Source of the DNA: a virus
Taxonomy: Duplodnaviria > Caudoviricetes
IMG/VR virus record: IMGVR_UViG_2839026242_000001
Span: 32,001 to 96,000 of that record
Direction: 5' to 3' (one strand)
Length of the DNA stretch: 64,000 nucleotides
Shown here: positions 28,797 to 37,368 of the stretch, piece after piece
Position numbering within the stretch: the stretch's first letter is position 1
Layout: each line of letters begins with the position of its first letter
The notes under the pieces: generated by a model
The model's input: the letters and a program-made list of their open reading frames with translations, nothing else
Database searches by the model: none
What the model was told of the DNA's origin: nothing
Position numbers and translations under genes: made by a program

Positions 28797-29156
28797 TTAT
28801 TCAATCTCTTCTTCGTAAACATCTTCCAACTCTAACGGTTCGCCTTCTTCAATTACCTCCAATTGAACCATGAGTTCTCCCACATCATCACAAAACAAGT
28901 CATGCTCATACCAAGGAAGATGTCTAGAATATTCATAAAGCCATTCTTTATTGTGCACTTTACATGCTTCTTTAAATGCTTCATCCCAACCAAATGTACT
29001 TTCAATGTATATATAAAAATTTATGTAATCTATGTATTCTGTTGGTTTAAATATTTTGACTAGATTATTGTGAAAATCAATTAGCAGTTCTTTTGTGAGT
29101 TGATTTCTTATTCCATCAGGCATTTGATACTCATATCCATTTTCAGTTACAGGCAT
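28797..29156 (-). CDS. Acidic hypothetical protein
   Basis: ORF with GGAGG RBS. Confidence 0.7.
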   Translation of the reverse strand: MPVTENGYEYQMPDGIRNQLTKELLIDFHNNLVKIFKPTEYIDYINFYIYIESTFGWDEAFKEACKVHNKEWLYEYSRHLPWYEHDLFCDDVGELMVQLEVIEEGEPLELEDVYEEEIE

Positions 29157-29186
29157 TATCCAACCTCCTAATAAATTTTACATTTA

Positions 29187-29402
29187 TCAGTACCCACCTT
29201 GAGTTTCTAGCAGCCATTCTTTAAACAAAACATGTGCTTTTGCAAACACATAATCCATGTCGCAATTCTGAACGTTAACGATTGTCTCTCCATGACGATT
29301 AATTGTAATGCACCAGTCCATAATACCTGAGTAATAAATTTCTAAAGTATATCTACCTGTCCTGTGTTTTATTTCATTAAAGAATCTCAGAAACTCTTCC
29401 AT
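29187..29402 (-). CDS. Hypothetical phage protein
   Basis: ORF; paralog at 28536-28762. Confidence 0.75.
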   Translation of the reverse strand: MEEFLRFFNEIKHRTGRYTLEIYYSGIMDWCITINRHGETIVNVQNCDMDYVFAKAHVLFKEWLLETQGGY

Positions 29403-29440
29403 ACCAACAGTCTCACCTTCCGTTAATATTCGTGATTTAT

Positions 29441-29839
29441 TTAGTTTTCTTGCTCCCCTTGATTACAAATAACCGTTATCCATCCACCTTCAACACGTAC
29501 TTCTTGACCAGTATTACTATAATCATCACTATCTTCAGTCCATTTAATTCCTATGTAATACACCGTTTCTGAGTTACTGAGAAATTCAATGTGCGTGATA
29601 TCATTATATTCTTTGATTCTCTGGTACTCTGGTTTATCTTTAATTATTAGATATAAATGTTTTGCGGATTTACTCAATAATAGCTCTGATTTATTGTTCA
29701 ATAGTATATTGTTGTCCCATATAGATTCAGTAATTCCAGCTAGACTAATGTATCTTACATCACTATACGGTATTTTTATATGTTCTACATTTTCAAATAC
29801 TACATGAATCTCATCAATTTCTTTATTGATTGTATGCAT
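29441..29839 (-). CDS. Hypothetical phage protein
   Basis: ORF with RBS. Confidence 0.7.
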   Translation of the reverse strand: MHTINKEIDEIHVVFENVEHIKIPYSDVRYISLAGITESIWDNNILLNNKSELLLSKSAKHLYLIIKDKPEYQRIKEYNDITHIEFLSNSETVYYIGIKWTEDSDDYSNTGQEVRVEGGWITVICNQGEQEN

Positions 29840-30264
29840 TTATATCTACCTCTCTTTTTGAATATAATACATATTTAATCCAATTCCTTTAATTCAGGAA
29901 AAATTTCTTCGAGATTTACTTCTTCTCCATTCAAATAGATTCCCTTAATATTTTCATCAAATGTCACTTCGAACCCAAGTTGTTTTCCAATATCAATCAT
30001 ACGCTTCTTTTCTTCATCAGTTAACATTTTCTCACTCCCAATGAATGACAGATTTCATTCCCTTTCTGGAACGCCAAACTCATCAATAAGAACTTTAGCC
30101 AATCTTTTAGATGATTCCTTAATCTTTTGTTGTAAGAAATCATGGAAATAATTCATAACTTCATCACTTGGATGAACAACACCTTTGCTAATCAGAAATT
30201 GTTTAATTTCTTCCTTCAAGTCCATTTTATAAAACCTCCATTATTTTTATATAAAAAGTATCTT

Positions 30265-30693
30265 TTAACGTGAATATTTTTCTGGAAATTTTAATTTAAA
30301 GCTACTCAAATCAAGTTTCTCAACAATATCATCACATATAGCGTAAGCTGGCAAATTCAAATGAATTGCATCGTGCTTAATATGTGCTCCGTCTCTAAAT
30401 GGAAGGTCTATTTCTCCATCTTCACCAATAGGAGGTTTCGTTCTTCCTGTTTTCCTTTCTGTTTGCCCAATCGTTACTTTTACAATATCTCCTGTAAAAT
30501 GTTTATACACTAGCTCGTATTTCCAAAGTTGTTCAGTATAATCTCCACTGACATTGATACATTCAATTTGTAATCTTGGAAGAGATGCTTCATTTAAAAT
30601 TTCTTCTGGACTCATTTCGTTCTCACTCATCCTTTCCGATAAAAGTATCTGTTTATTATGTAAATAACCGTCTTGCAAGTTCAATTTCGTCAT
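30265..30693 (-). CDS. Hypothetical protein
   Basis: ORF. Confidence 0.65.
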   Translation of the reverse strand: MTKLNLQDGYLHNKQILLSERMSENEMSPEEILNEASLPRLQIECINVSGDYTEQLWKYELVYKHFTGDIVKVTIGQTERKTGRTKPPIGEDGEIDLPFRDGAHIKHDAIHLNLPAYAICDDIVEKLDLSSFKLKFPEKYSR

Positions 30694-31050
30694 TTATAAA
30701 ATTTCGCTATTTGTCATACTTTTTAAAGCGTCTCGTATCGCTCTTCGCTTTTGATTCTGCGCTTTAATAATTCTCGCAGCATTCTCTACATGGTAATCAC
30801 AAAAACCTTTCCGCCAATCTTTAATCATCGCATATTCATTCATTTCAAGATTTTCTCCATTAAACTGTAACTGCACATCTGTATGGTTAATTTCACCCTC
30901 GGCAACCAGTACTCGTACATAAGAAATGATGTTTTCTGTTGATACGTTGTAAGTATAAGGCTCTTGATTTCGAAACCATAATCGCACTATTTTTTCGGCC
31001 TCAAAATCGGAGCAAGAAACACCTTGAGGACAATAGTTAATTGTAATCAT
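30694..31050 (-). CDS. Hypothetical protein
   Basis: ORF. Confidence 0.65.
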   Translation of the reverse strand: MITINYCPQGVSCSDFEAEKIVRLWFRNQEPYTYNVSTENIISYVRVLVAEGEINHTDVQLQFNGENLEMNEYAMIKDWRKGFCDYHVENAARIIKAQNQKRRAIRDALKSMTNSEIL

Positions 31051-31064
31051 CGGTTCACCACTTT

Positions 31065-31490
31065 CTAGAAAATATATCTACAACGTACTGGTATGTAAAC
31101 TGTGTCCGTTTGCCCCATATACCTTCCTGCTGGTAAATCCTGCACCCCAATCTCAGTTTCCATTTTAATGTCACCAATTATATACTCGATGTCAACGAGT
31201 TTCTTTAGTTCTTCCTCTGTAATTGTTTTGGTGCAATATGTTGTCTTATTAATAATGGGATTCAATGCCTCGTCAACCAGCATCATGGTGAACAATATTG
31301 TTCCATCGTGCGAACTAGAGCGAATGACCTGATAATCATAATCCTCATTAACAGCTTGATCGTACTTAATATGACCGAGAACTAGATTCTTGCCGTATCC
31401 ATTACTTTCTAAAATGCTTGAAATATACTCAATTGGGTTAATTACTGTTTGTTTACTCATGACATCACTCCTTTCCGATAAAAATCTCAT
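31065..31490 (-). CDS. Hypothetical protein
   Basis: ORF; start probably MSKQT. Confidence 0.65.
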   Translation of the reverse strand: MRFLSERSDVMSKQTVINPIEYISSILESNGYGKNLVLGHIKYDQAVNEDYDYQVIRSSSHDGTILFTMMLVDEALNPIINKTTYCTKTITEEELKKLVDIEYIIGDIKMETEIGVQDLPAGRYMGQTDTVYIPVRCRYIF

Positions 31491-31612
31491 TTCAATAACT
31501 TATGTATAGTGTTTCCCATCTTCTGTAATCTTCTGAATTAAGAATACAACATATATTTATATTTGTCTACTATTTATTTTTATTTTATATCCACAATTTT
31601 AGCCACCCGTTC

Positions 31613-32023
31613 TCACGAGTGGCTATCCATTCCCATCAGATATTGTTGCATTCTTACTTCCGTTTCGGCTTTCACGAAATCCCATAGCATCTGGAACTGT
31701 TGAGAATATCCTCTGCAAAGGAATAGGCAGTCGATCCCGTGTTCAGTTCGCGTTTCTTTCACTACCCTTAACCCTTTTCGGTACATTTCATTCTTCAGTT
31801 TACTCAATTGTCTCGTGATTCTGTACATAGCTTCATTAATTGCAGTGACATATGGCTGCTTTATGCTAATCTCAGATTCTTCTATGTTCTTCTTGTCACG
31901 TTCAAATATCGTCAATACAATAGGTAACAAAACATATTCTCTCAATAATTCTAATTCCCCATCTTGAAACGGTTGCATCTTTCTCACCTCAATTTTGCTC
32001 TCCATACACATGCCCCCATTCAA
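31613..32023 (-). CDS. YhjD-like protein (SOS-regulon family)
   Basis: EYVLLPIVLTIFERD...KQPY...RGY pattern as recalled for Bacillus YhjD; operon preceded by an SOS box. Confidence 0.65.
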   Translation of the reverse strand: MNGGMCMESKIEVRKMQPFQDGELELLREYVLLPIVLTIFERDKKNIEESEISIKQPYVTAINEAMYRITRQLSKLKNEMYRKGLRVVKETRTEHGIDCLFLCRGYSQQFQMLWDFVKAETEVRMQQYLMGMDSHS

Positions 32024-32378
32024 TCAAGAAGTCATTTACTTTTAGAGAGCCTTCATTTGTTATTACTTCATTAATTATGGCATTCAATTCGCTAATAGAA
32101 CAATTAGCGGCATAAAGCGCATCCTCTTCATTTACTTCAAATGAATATGATATCACTAATTGCATTTCTCCATACCATTTGTCATCAATTTCGTCTTGCC
32201 ACTCACATTTCCAATCATGTACCTTGACTACATGCTGAACCCCACTCAATGTATGTATCTTCAATTCAATAGTTAGCGGTTCAAAAGTCTTCAGCGTTTC
32301 TACCCTCAAAACAATATTACCAAACACTTCAGATTTTACTTTTTGCTCTGCTTGAACTAAAATGAAATTAGGTGTCAT
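31989..32378 (-). CDS. Hypothetical protein, first gene of the SOS-box operon
   Basis: ORF with GGAGG RBS. Confidence 0.7.
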   Translation of the reverse strand: MTPNFILVQAEQKVKSEVFGNIVLRVETLKTFEPLTIELKIHTLSGVQHVVKVHDWKCEWQDEIDDKWYGEMQLVISYSFEVNEEDALYAANCSISELNAIINEVITNEGSLKVNDFLIEWGHVYGEQN

Positions 32379-32464
32379 TTATGATGCCTCCTATTTGAGC
32401 GCTCTCTATCTTTGGTCGGACGGAAGCGCTCTTTTCTTATTATAAAGTATGAGCAACTTGTACA

Positions 32465-32508
32465 AGAACACTTGTTCTTATTATGACTGATTCACAAATT
32501 CTCGTCAA
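32465..32508 (-). promoter_or_regulatory. SigA promoter with overlapping LexA (Cheo) box
   Basis: TTGACG-N17-CATAAT (32508-32480); AGAAC-ACTT-GTTCT at 32465-32478. Confidence 0.8.
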
Positions 32509-32664
32509 TATGTTATACCCGTTTTCAAATACATTTTATCAAGTGATTTCACTGAAATCACGAAGTATTGGTAAAATCGAAGGGGAATTCATTTCAACGA
32601 ATTCCTATTGACAAACTAAAATATTTTAATAATTCAATTAATAAAAATAAAAACCCTTATGGAT

Positions 32665-33498
32665 TTAAGGGTTTTTAAGAGTAACTGTAAATTGCACATG
32701 ATTATCTTTTGCTTGACCGATAATTGTCCCATTGTGTTTTTCAACCAATTTTTTCACAATGGCTAACCCATTTCCTCTTTTCTTGTCCTTATTGGTCGTA
32801 TATCCTAATTCAAACCAACAGGAGATTGAAACATCTTCACTCTTTAAATAGCAATTCTCAAAAATTAACACATCTTCTTTGTCAATCGTATACCATCTAA
32901 ATGTAATTTGCTTGTTTTCACTGTGTTCAGATGCTTTGATTGCATTGTCCAAAAGATTCCCAACAATAGCAACCAAATCCTTAGTATTGAAACTAGCAAG
33001 TTGCGATTTGCTGGTAATATCACAATTTACTGTCACACCTCTTTTATAAGCATCATAGAATTTTACACTTAATAAATATGACAATGCAGGATTGTGAATT
33101 TCTGTGATAAACGTGTGCTCATCTTTTAGGTCAAGTATATTGTTCAAATATTTTCTAGCATTAGAATACTGTTCGTTTTCTAACATTTCATCGATAAGTG
33201 TGTAATTTTTAGATACCTCACTTATCGTTTCTTCAAACATATTGTATACGAGTTCTTGCGAATGACTGTATTGCTTACTTGTCTCATGGGCAGTTTTCGC
33301 AATAACTATAAATAAATACCTGATAAATATTAAAATCAATAATGCAAATAGAATTGTCATAGAAATGTTTAATGTCCACACTTTTTCTATAACTTCAATA
33401 TTAATAACAGCTATTGTCATCAATATAAGTTCAATGATCCCAATAATATAGAGCAATAATACATAAAACTGTTCTAAAGTCTTTGGAATGATAAACAT
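32665..33498 (-). CDS. AgrC/Spo0B-type GHKL sensor kinase-like protein, 2 TM, H-box His apparently absent
   Basis: N box GNLLDNAIKAS, F box FELGYTT, G2 RGNGL; DHp region reads ISEVSKNY where RHD(F/Y)xNH is expected. Confidence 0.85.
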   Translation of the reverse strand: MFIIPKTLEQFYVLLLYIIGIIELILMTIAVINIEVIEKVWTLNISMTILFALLILIFIRYLFIVIAKTAHETSKQYSHSQELVYNMFEETISEVSKNYTLIDEMLENEQYSNARKYLNNILDLKDEHTFITEIHNPALSYLLSVKFYDAYKRGVTVNCDITSKSQLASFNTKDLVAIVGNLLDNAIKASEHSENKQITFRWYTIDKEDVLIFENCYLKSEDVSISCWFELGYTTNKDKKRGNGLAIVKKLVEKHNGTIIGQAKDNHVQFTVTLKNP

Positions 33499-33608
33499 AT
33501 CCCTAAACTCCTATTTATCTTCTCCGTATCGAGATTTATGATATTCTGATAGCCAGCCGAAAAAATGACACAACCATCTTTTTATTCTATGCTTCATTTT
33601 TTCACCCT

Positions 33609-34406
33609 TTATAAATTATTCACAAACTTTAACAGACTTCCCAGCATACCTCGTCTATTTTTTAGATCAGCGCTATGCATTGTCACCATCTTTTTTACGT
33701 AATTTACTCTCTCTTCACTTATTGGCAACACATCATCATTCGACATAATCAATACATTGTCTTTGACTTCTTTGGCAAACCCCAGGTTTATTATGGATGA
33801 TCTACTAATGTAGATAAAATTGTGATCTTCTAATAGTTTCGCATAAACATTCAATCGCAATTCTGTTGTGTATGGCTCTACTCGTCCAACTGTACGAACA
33901 TTTACATTACCCTTGGTTGACTCTATATAAAGGATTTCCGATGGGAAGGTAACATATGATTCATTGCCACAAATGGGAATACAAGCCCCATTATTATCAA
34001 TAAAGCGTTTATATAAGTAATAATTTTTGAGTTTCTCCAGCGCACTTTTAAGTCTTTTAAAATCAATTGCTTTTGTAACAACATCTGTAATACCAATAGT
34101 GTAAGAATGTGCTGCGAGCAGTTTTTCACCAGTTACTACAATTGCAGGCAAATCATAGCCATATTCACGACACAAGTTATATGCAGTTATCCCGTCGATT
34201 GACTCACTTCCCAGATCGAGGTCAAGTATTAAAGCATTTATGTTGTCCTTCTCACTAAGCTGTAAAAACATTTCATCAGCATTTTTCGCAGTGTGCACAC
34301 TTTTTACAAAGGGCAAATGATAAACATATGTAGCGAGCAGCTTTCTGATTTCAAATTGATCTTCGACGATCAAGATATGTAGATCCATCTGTGACTTCCC
34401 TCCCAA
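33609..34406 (-). CDS. AgrA/LytR-family response regulator (REC + LytTR)
   Basis: ILIVED, LDLDL (phospho-Asp), VVTG, TK; LytTR EILYIES...FIYISRSSIINL. Confidence 0.9.
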   Translation of the reverse strand: MGGKSQMDLHILIVEDQFEIRKLLATYVYHLPFVKSVHTAKNADEMFLQLSEKDNINALILDLDLGSESIDGITAYNLCREYGYDLPAIVVTGEKLLAAHSYTIGITDVVTKAIDFKRLKSALEKLKNYYLYKRFIDNNGACIPICGNESYVTFPSEILYIESTKGNVNVRTVGRVEPYTTELRLNVYAKLLEDHNFIYISRSSIINLGFAKEVKDNVLIMSNDDVLPISEERVNYVKKMVTMHSADLKNRRGMLGSLLKFVNNL

Positions 34407-34541
34407 AGATGTTATAAGTTTATTCTAGCAAATGTCCTCACAGAAATAACGAAAAATAAACACATGTAAAGATTTTTCTTGACATATTGTTCGATTTGTG
34501 ATTAGAAGTAGAAAATGAAAAAGGTGAAAGCTGGACTTTCA

Positions 34542-34892
34542 TCAACTTTCACCTTTTTTTAGAAACTCTTTTAAATTCTCAATATGCTTTTCTGCTACTA
34601 CTATAGATTTTCTTGAGTCTTTTATGATGATTTTATGCTCTTTCTCATCAAGTTCAGCAATTTTATGTAAATTTACTAACACCCCCCAATCTAATCTTTC
34701 AAATCCTTTTTCCTTTAATACTACTTGCCAGTAGTCTAGCGCATTTGGGCGTACATAAACACCATCGGCTGTATGAAACTCAACTTCATTTCTTTTTCTT
34801 GCTAGGTGAGTAATATCTGTAACACTTAACCAAATTATTCCCTGCTCTTCGTTTCCTTTGCGAACACATGGAATAATCATTGCTGTTCTCAC
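34542..34892 (-). CDS. Stand-alone LytTR-domain protein
   Basis: DITHL...FHT...GFERLDWGVLVNLHKI. Confidence 0.8.
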   Translation of the reverse strand: MRTAMIIPCVRKGNEEQGIIWLSVTDITHLARKRNEVEFHTADGVYVRPNALDYWQVVLKEKGFERLDWGVLVNLHKIAELDEKEHKIIIKDSRKSIVVAEKHIENLKEFLKKGES

Positions 34893-34906
34893 CCATTTCT
34901 TAATAC

Positions 34907-35035
34907 CTAGTTATTCTTGTACAATTCTTGAGGAGCTTCTGGCTGGTGAATAAGAGCTGCTGAGTATGGAGATACGACTAGTACAGCAACAATAGCCAAA
35001 AACCTAGAGATTTGTTTAGCAAGGAATGCTTTCAT
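34907..35035 (-). CDS. agrD: AgrD-like cyclic lactone autoinducer propeptide (42 aa, missing from ORF track)
   Basis: Manual translation MKAFLAKQISRFLAIVAVLVVSPYSAALIHQPEAPQELYKNN; AGGAGG RBS; ATGA overlap with agrB stop; HQPExP C-terminal motif. Confidence 0.9.
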   Translation of the reverse strand: MKAFLAKQISRFLAIVAVLVVSPYSAALIHQPEAPQELYKNN

Positions 35036-35568
35036 TTACAATCACCTCCTTCCATTGTTTTATATATAACCAATGTAAGGCTTTGCACAAAAAAAGTAAC
35101 TGCAAGTATATCCGACTCAATAATTAAATTTAATAAAATTATAAAAATAGATATCAGTTTTAACAATGGGTCATGTTTTTTAGTAAAAAACTTGGATTGA
35201 TTCACTCCAATGGGAGCTAATAATGCTGTAATAAATATTGAAATCAATGTTATTACAAATACATTTTTATCACTAACTGGTACATAAGGGATAAGTACTG
35301 CACCTATAACACTGAATATCGTACATAGTTCAGCACTTTTAAAATGAAATCCTCCAGAAAAAAATCTCAAAGAGACAAATGATATTAAAACAATAATAGT
35401 TTCAAGTGCACTTCCTAGCAGTGATGCTAGGAGCAATGATAAGAAAATTGCACTTCCTGTTCCAATGAGCATTATCAAAGAAAATTTCATGACTTCTATA
35501 CTACTTGTTTCATTTGGATTTATACTCTTAATCTTCACGGCAATTTTATAGGCTAGTGCCTCTATCAT
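35032..35568 (-). CDS. agrB: AgrB-family peptide-processing membrane protease
   Basis: LRFFSGGFHFKSAELC (catalytic His and Cys), LLAP, multi-TM. Confidence 0.93.
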   Translation of the reverse strand: MIEALAYKIAVKIKSINPNETSSIEVMKFSLIMLIGTGSAIFLSLLLASLLGSALETIIVLISFVSLRFFSGGFHFKSAELCTIFSVIGAVLIPYVPVSDKNVFVITLISIFITALLAPIGVNQSKFFTKKHDPLLKLISIFIILLNLIIESDILAVTFFVQSLTLVIYKTMEGGDCK

Positions 35569-36238
35569 TCATTTCCTCCTTTTTGTTAGAAAAGTGAACC
35601 AATGAACAAAGACAAAATGTTAAAAATACAAGTAAAACCAAAATATATTCTCTATTTGCTAATGTACTAAGAAATACCATTAAACTCAAAAGTAAATATG
35701 ATGTAATTACTGTTATCAAAAGCGCAAAATTAATTGGATCATTTAAGCTTACCTTACGATGAGCATCAGGTATAAATTGCCATCCCATGTTTGTTCTTTT
35801 TATTATGACAGCTATACCTAGTGTTACAATTACCGTTATCAATTGCAATATATAACCAATCAGTGTAACGCCTTCGACAATCTCTTTGGTAAGTTGCTCT
35901 AACTCAAACGCCCCAATGTAATTCATTATTGCAAAACAAATAATTTGTATAGTTGAATATGCGCAATAGGATAATATCACTGCAATAGAAGAGTAAAAAA
36001 GTTGAATCCTCGAAAAATAAATAAATAATAATATCATAAGAGCTATTTGTAATGATACAGAAAAATTAACAAAATGAGTATTATATCTTAATACATATGA
36101 AAATACACTTTCGAGTACTGCTATTGCTAAAACAGGGACAACATAGTCCTTCATAGGCAATCTAAAGATAGCCAAGAGTAGCAAAACTATTGCAGCATAT
36201 TCTAAAGAAGAAAAGAATACAAAAAGAACGAGATCCAT
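35546..36238 (-). CDS. Polytopic (about 7 TM) membrane protein, putative peptide sensor
   Basis: Multiple hydrophobic helices, no cytoplasmic kinase domain, overlaps agrB. Confidence 0.75.
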   Translation of the reverse strand: MDLVLFVFFSSLEYAAIVLLLLAIFRLPMKDYVVPVLAIAVLESVFSYVLRYNTHFVNFSVSLQIALMILLFIYFSRIQLFYSSIAVILSYCAYSTIQIICFAIMNYIGAFELEQLTKEIVEGVTLIGYILQLITVIVTLGIAVIIKRTNMGWQFIPDAHRKVSLNDPINFALLITVITSYLLLSLMVFLSTLANREYILVLLVFLTFCLCSLVHFSNKKEEMNDRGTSL

Positions 36239-36270
36239 ATTTCATCTCCCTCACAGTAAAATATATTTGT

Positions 36271-36298
36271 ATTTTACCACCCAGTAACTAAATGACAA
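36271..36298 (-). promoter_or_regulatory. Putative SigA promoter of the agr-like operon
   Basis: TTGTCA-N16-TAAAAT with extended TG. Confidence 0.55.
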
Positions 36299-36321
36299 CA
36301 AGTTTTTTGGAACTTCAAATT

Positions 36322-36350
36322 AAAAGCAGTCCGTCATTACGACAGACTGC
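36322..36350 (-). terminator. Intrinsic terminator after the mrpR-like gene
   Basis: GCAGTC...GACTGC stem followed by T-run on minus strand. Confidence 0.6.
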
Positions 36351-37365
36351 CTTCTCCATAAAATTGTTTAATCATATCCATGTTAATATAACTCTTCATG
36401 GCAGACCAGTTATATTCTTCAACCCCATGATTATCGAACTTGCTTACTCCAAATTGTTCACATATTTCAAAGTATTGTTCTTTATCTCCAAAGTGTCCAT
36501 CCCGATCAAGGATTTGTTTTGCCATGTAGATCATGCCACTGCGCTGAATATTTTTCACCGTGAAGTTTTCAATATTAAAGAGTTCGCTAATTGTAGACAA
36601 TCTACCATAAACAACATGGGTATTAACTTGATCTATATGAACTACCTTAGTTTTTGCTGGCTTAATCACATACCCTGTTTCGATTAATTCGCTTGTCTCT
36701 TTTGTGTTTCTAGAGTTGGGGGCAATATGACCATTTCGCTTAAAGTACTCGGTTTGATTTATAGCATCTTTTATTAAGGTAATACATTCTTTAGGAGTTG
36801 TTATTCGTCTAGTTTGATTGTCTTTGTCATCAGTTAATATTAATTCATTGGTTTCAAAATTAACATCGCTTGGGCGAAGGTTTCTTAACTCAGAAACTTC
36901 CCGACCATTTGCCCCATAAAATAAGAGAGAGATAATCACAGCATCTTGAGCATTTTTACATTTTTCAATGATCTCGTCTATCTCTTTCTTAGAGAAAAAC
37001 ATTTTAATATTCTTGTCTATAAACTTTTCTGCCCAGTCATCGAGTTGATATTTCATGGGATTTATTGTGTTTGACCTATATCCTTCTTCAATTGCCCAGT
37101 CTAAATACGACGAAATAATACTAATATTTGACTTACTCGCCGCCAAAGTTTTTGGTTTAAGATGAAACAAAACATTCTCGATTTCTTTAATATTGAAATC
37201 GTACATGTCTCGTCCTAAACTTTCTTCAACAACACTGCTCCTAATAAAAATTCTTTCATACGGCCCTTTGCTATCATCAGAAATCACTTCCATGAATCTT
37301 TGTTTTACTCCTTCATTGTACATGTCGCCTTCATAAATTTGGTTAGGGGCTTTTTTATTAGACAC
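36337..37365 (-). CDS. Tyrosine-recombinase-fold repressor, SPbeta YopR/MrpR-like
   Basis: SAM-like N-terminus plus integrase fold with degenerate catalytic motifs (YGANGRE..EL; KNIQRSG for HxxR); follows the yopQ-like gene. Confidence 0.8.
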   Translation of the reverse strand: MSNKKAPNQIYEGDMYNEGVKQRFMEVISDDSKGPYERIFIRSSVVEESLGRDMYDFNIKEIENVLFHLKPKTLAASKSNISIISSYLDWAIEEGYRSNTINPMKYQLDDWAEKFIDKNIKMFFSKKEIDEIIEKCKNAQDAVIISLLFYGANGREVSELRNLRPSDVNFETNELILTDDKDNQTRRITTPKECITLIKDAINQTEYFKRNGHIAPNSRNTKETSELIETGYVIKPAKTKVVHIDQVNTHVVYGRLSTISELFNIENFTVKNIQRSGMIYMAKQILDRDGHFGDKEQYFEICEQFGVSKFDNHGVEEYNWSAMKSYINMDMIKQFYGEGSLS

Positions 37366-37368
37366 TTT

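Noticed and set aside
34479..34494. LexA box or antisense promoter upstream of the response regulator
   Set aside because: CGAACAATATGTCA has a poor second half-site, and the TTGACA lacks a convincing -10.
36337..37365. Prophage integrase marking an att site
   Set aside because: Catalytic motifs are degenerate, the gene is internal with phage genes on both sides, and synteny matches the yopR/mrpR repressor.
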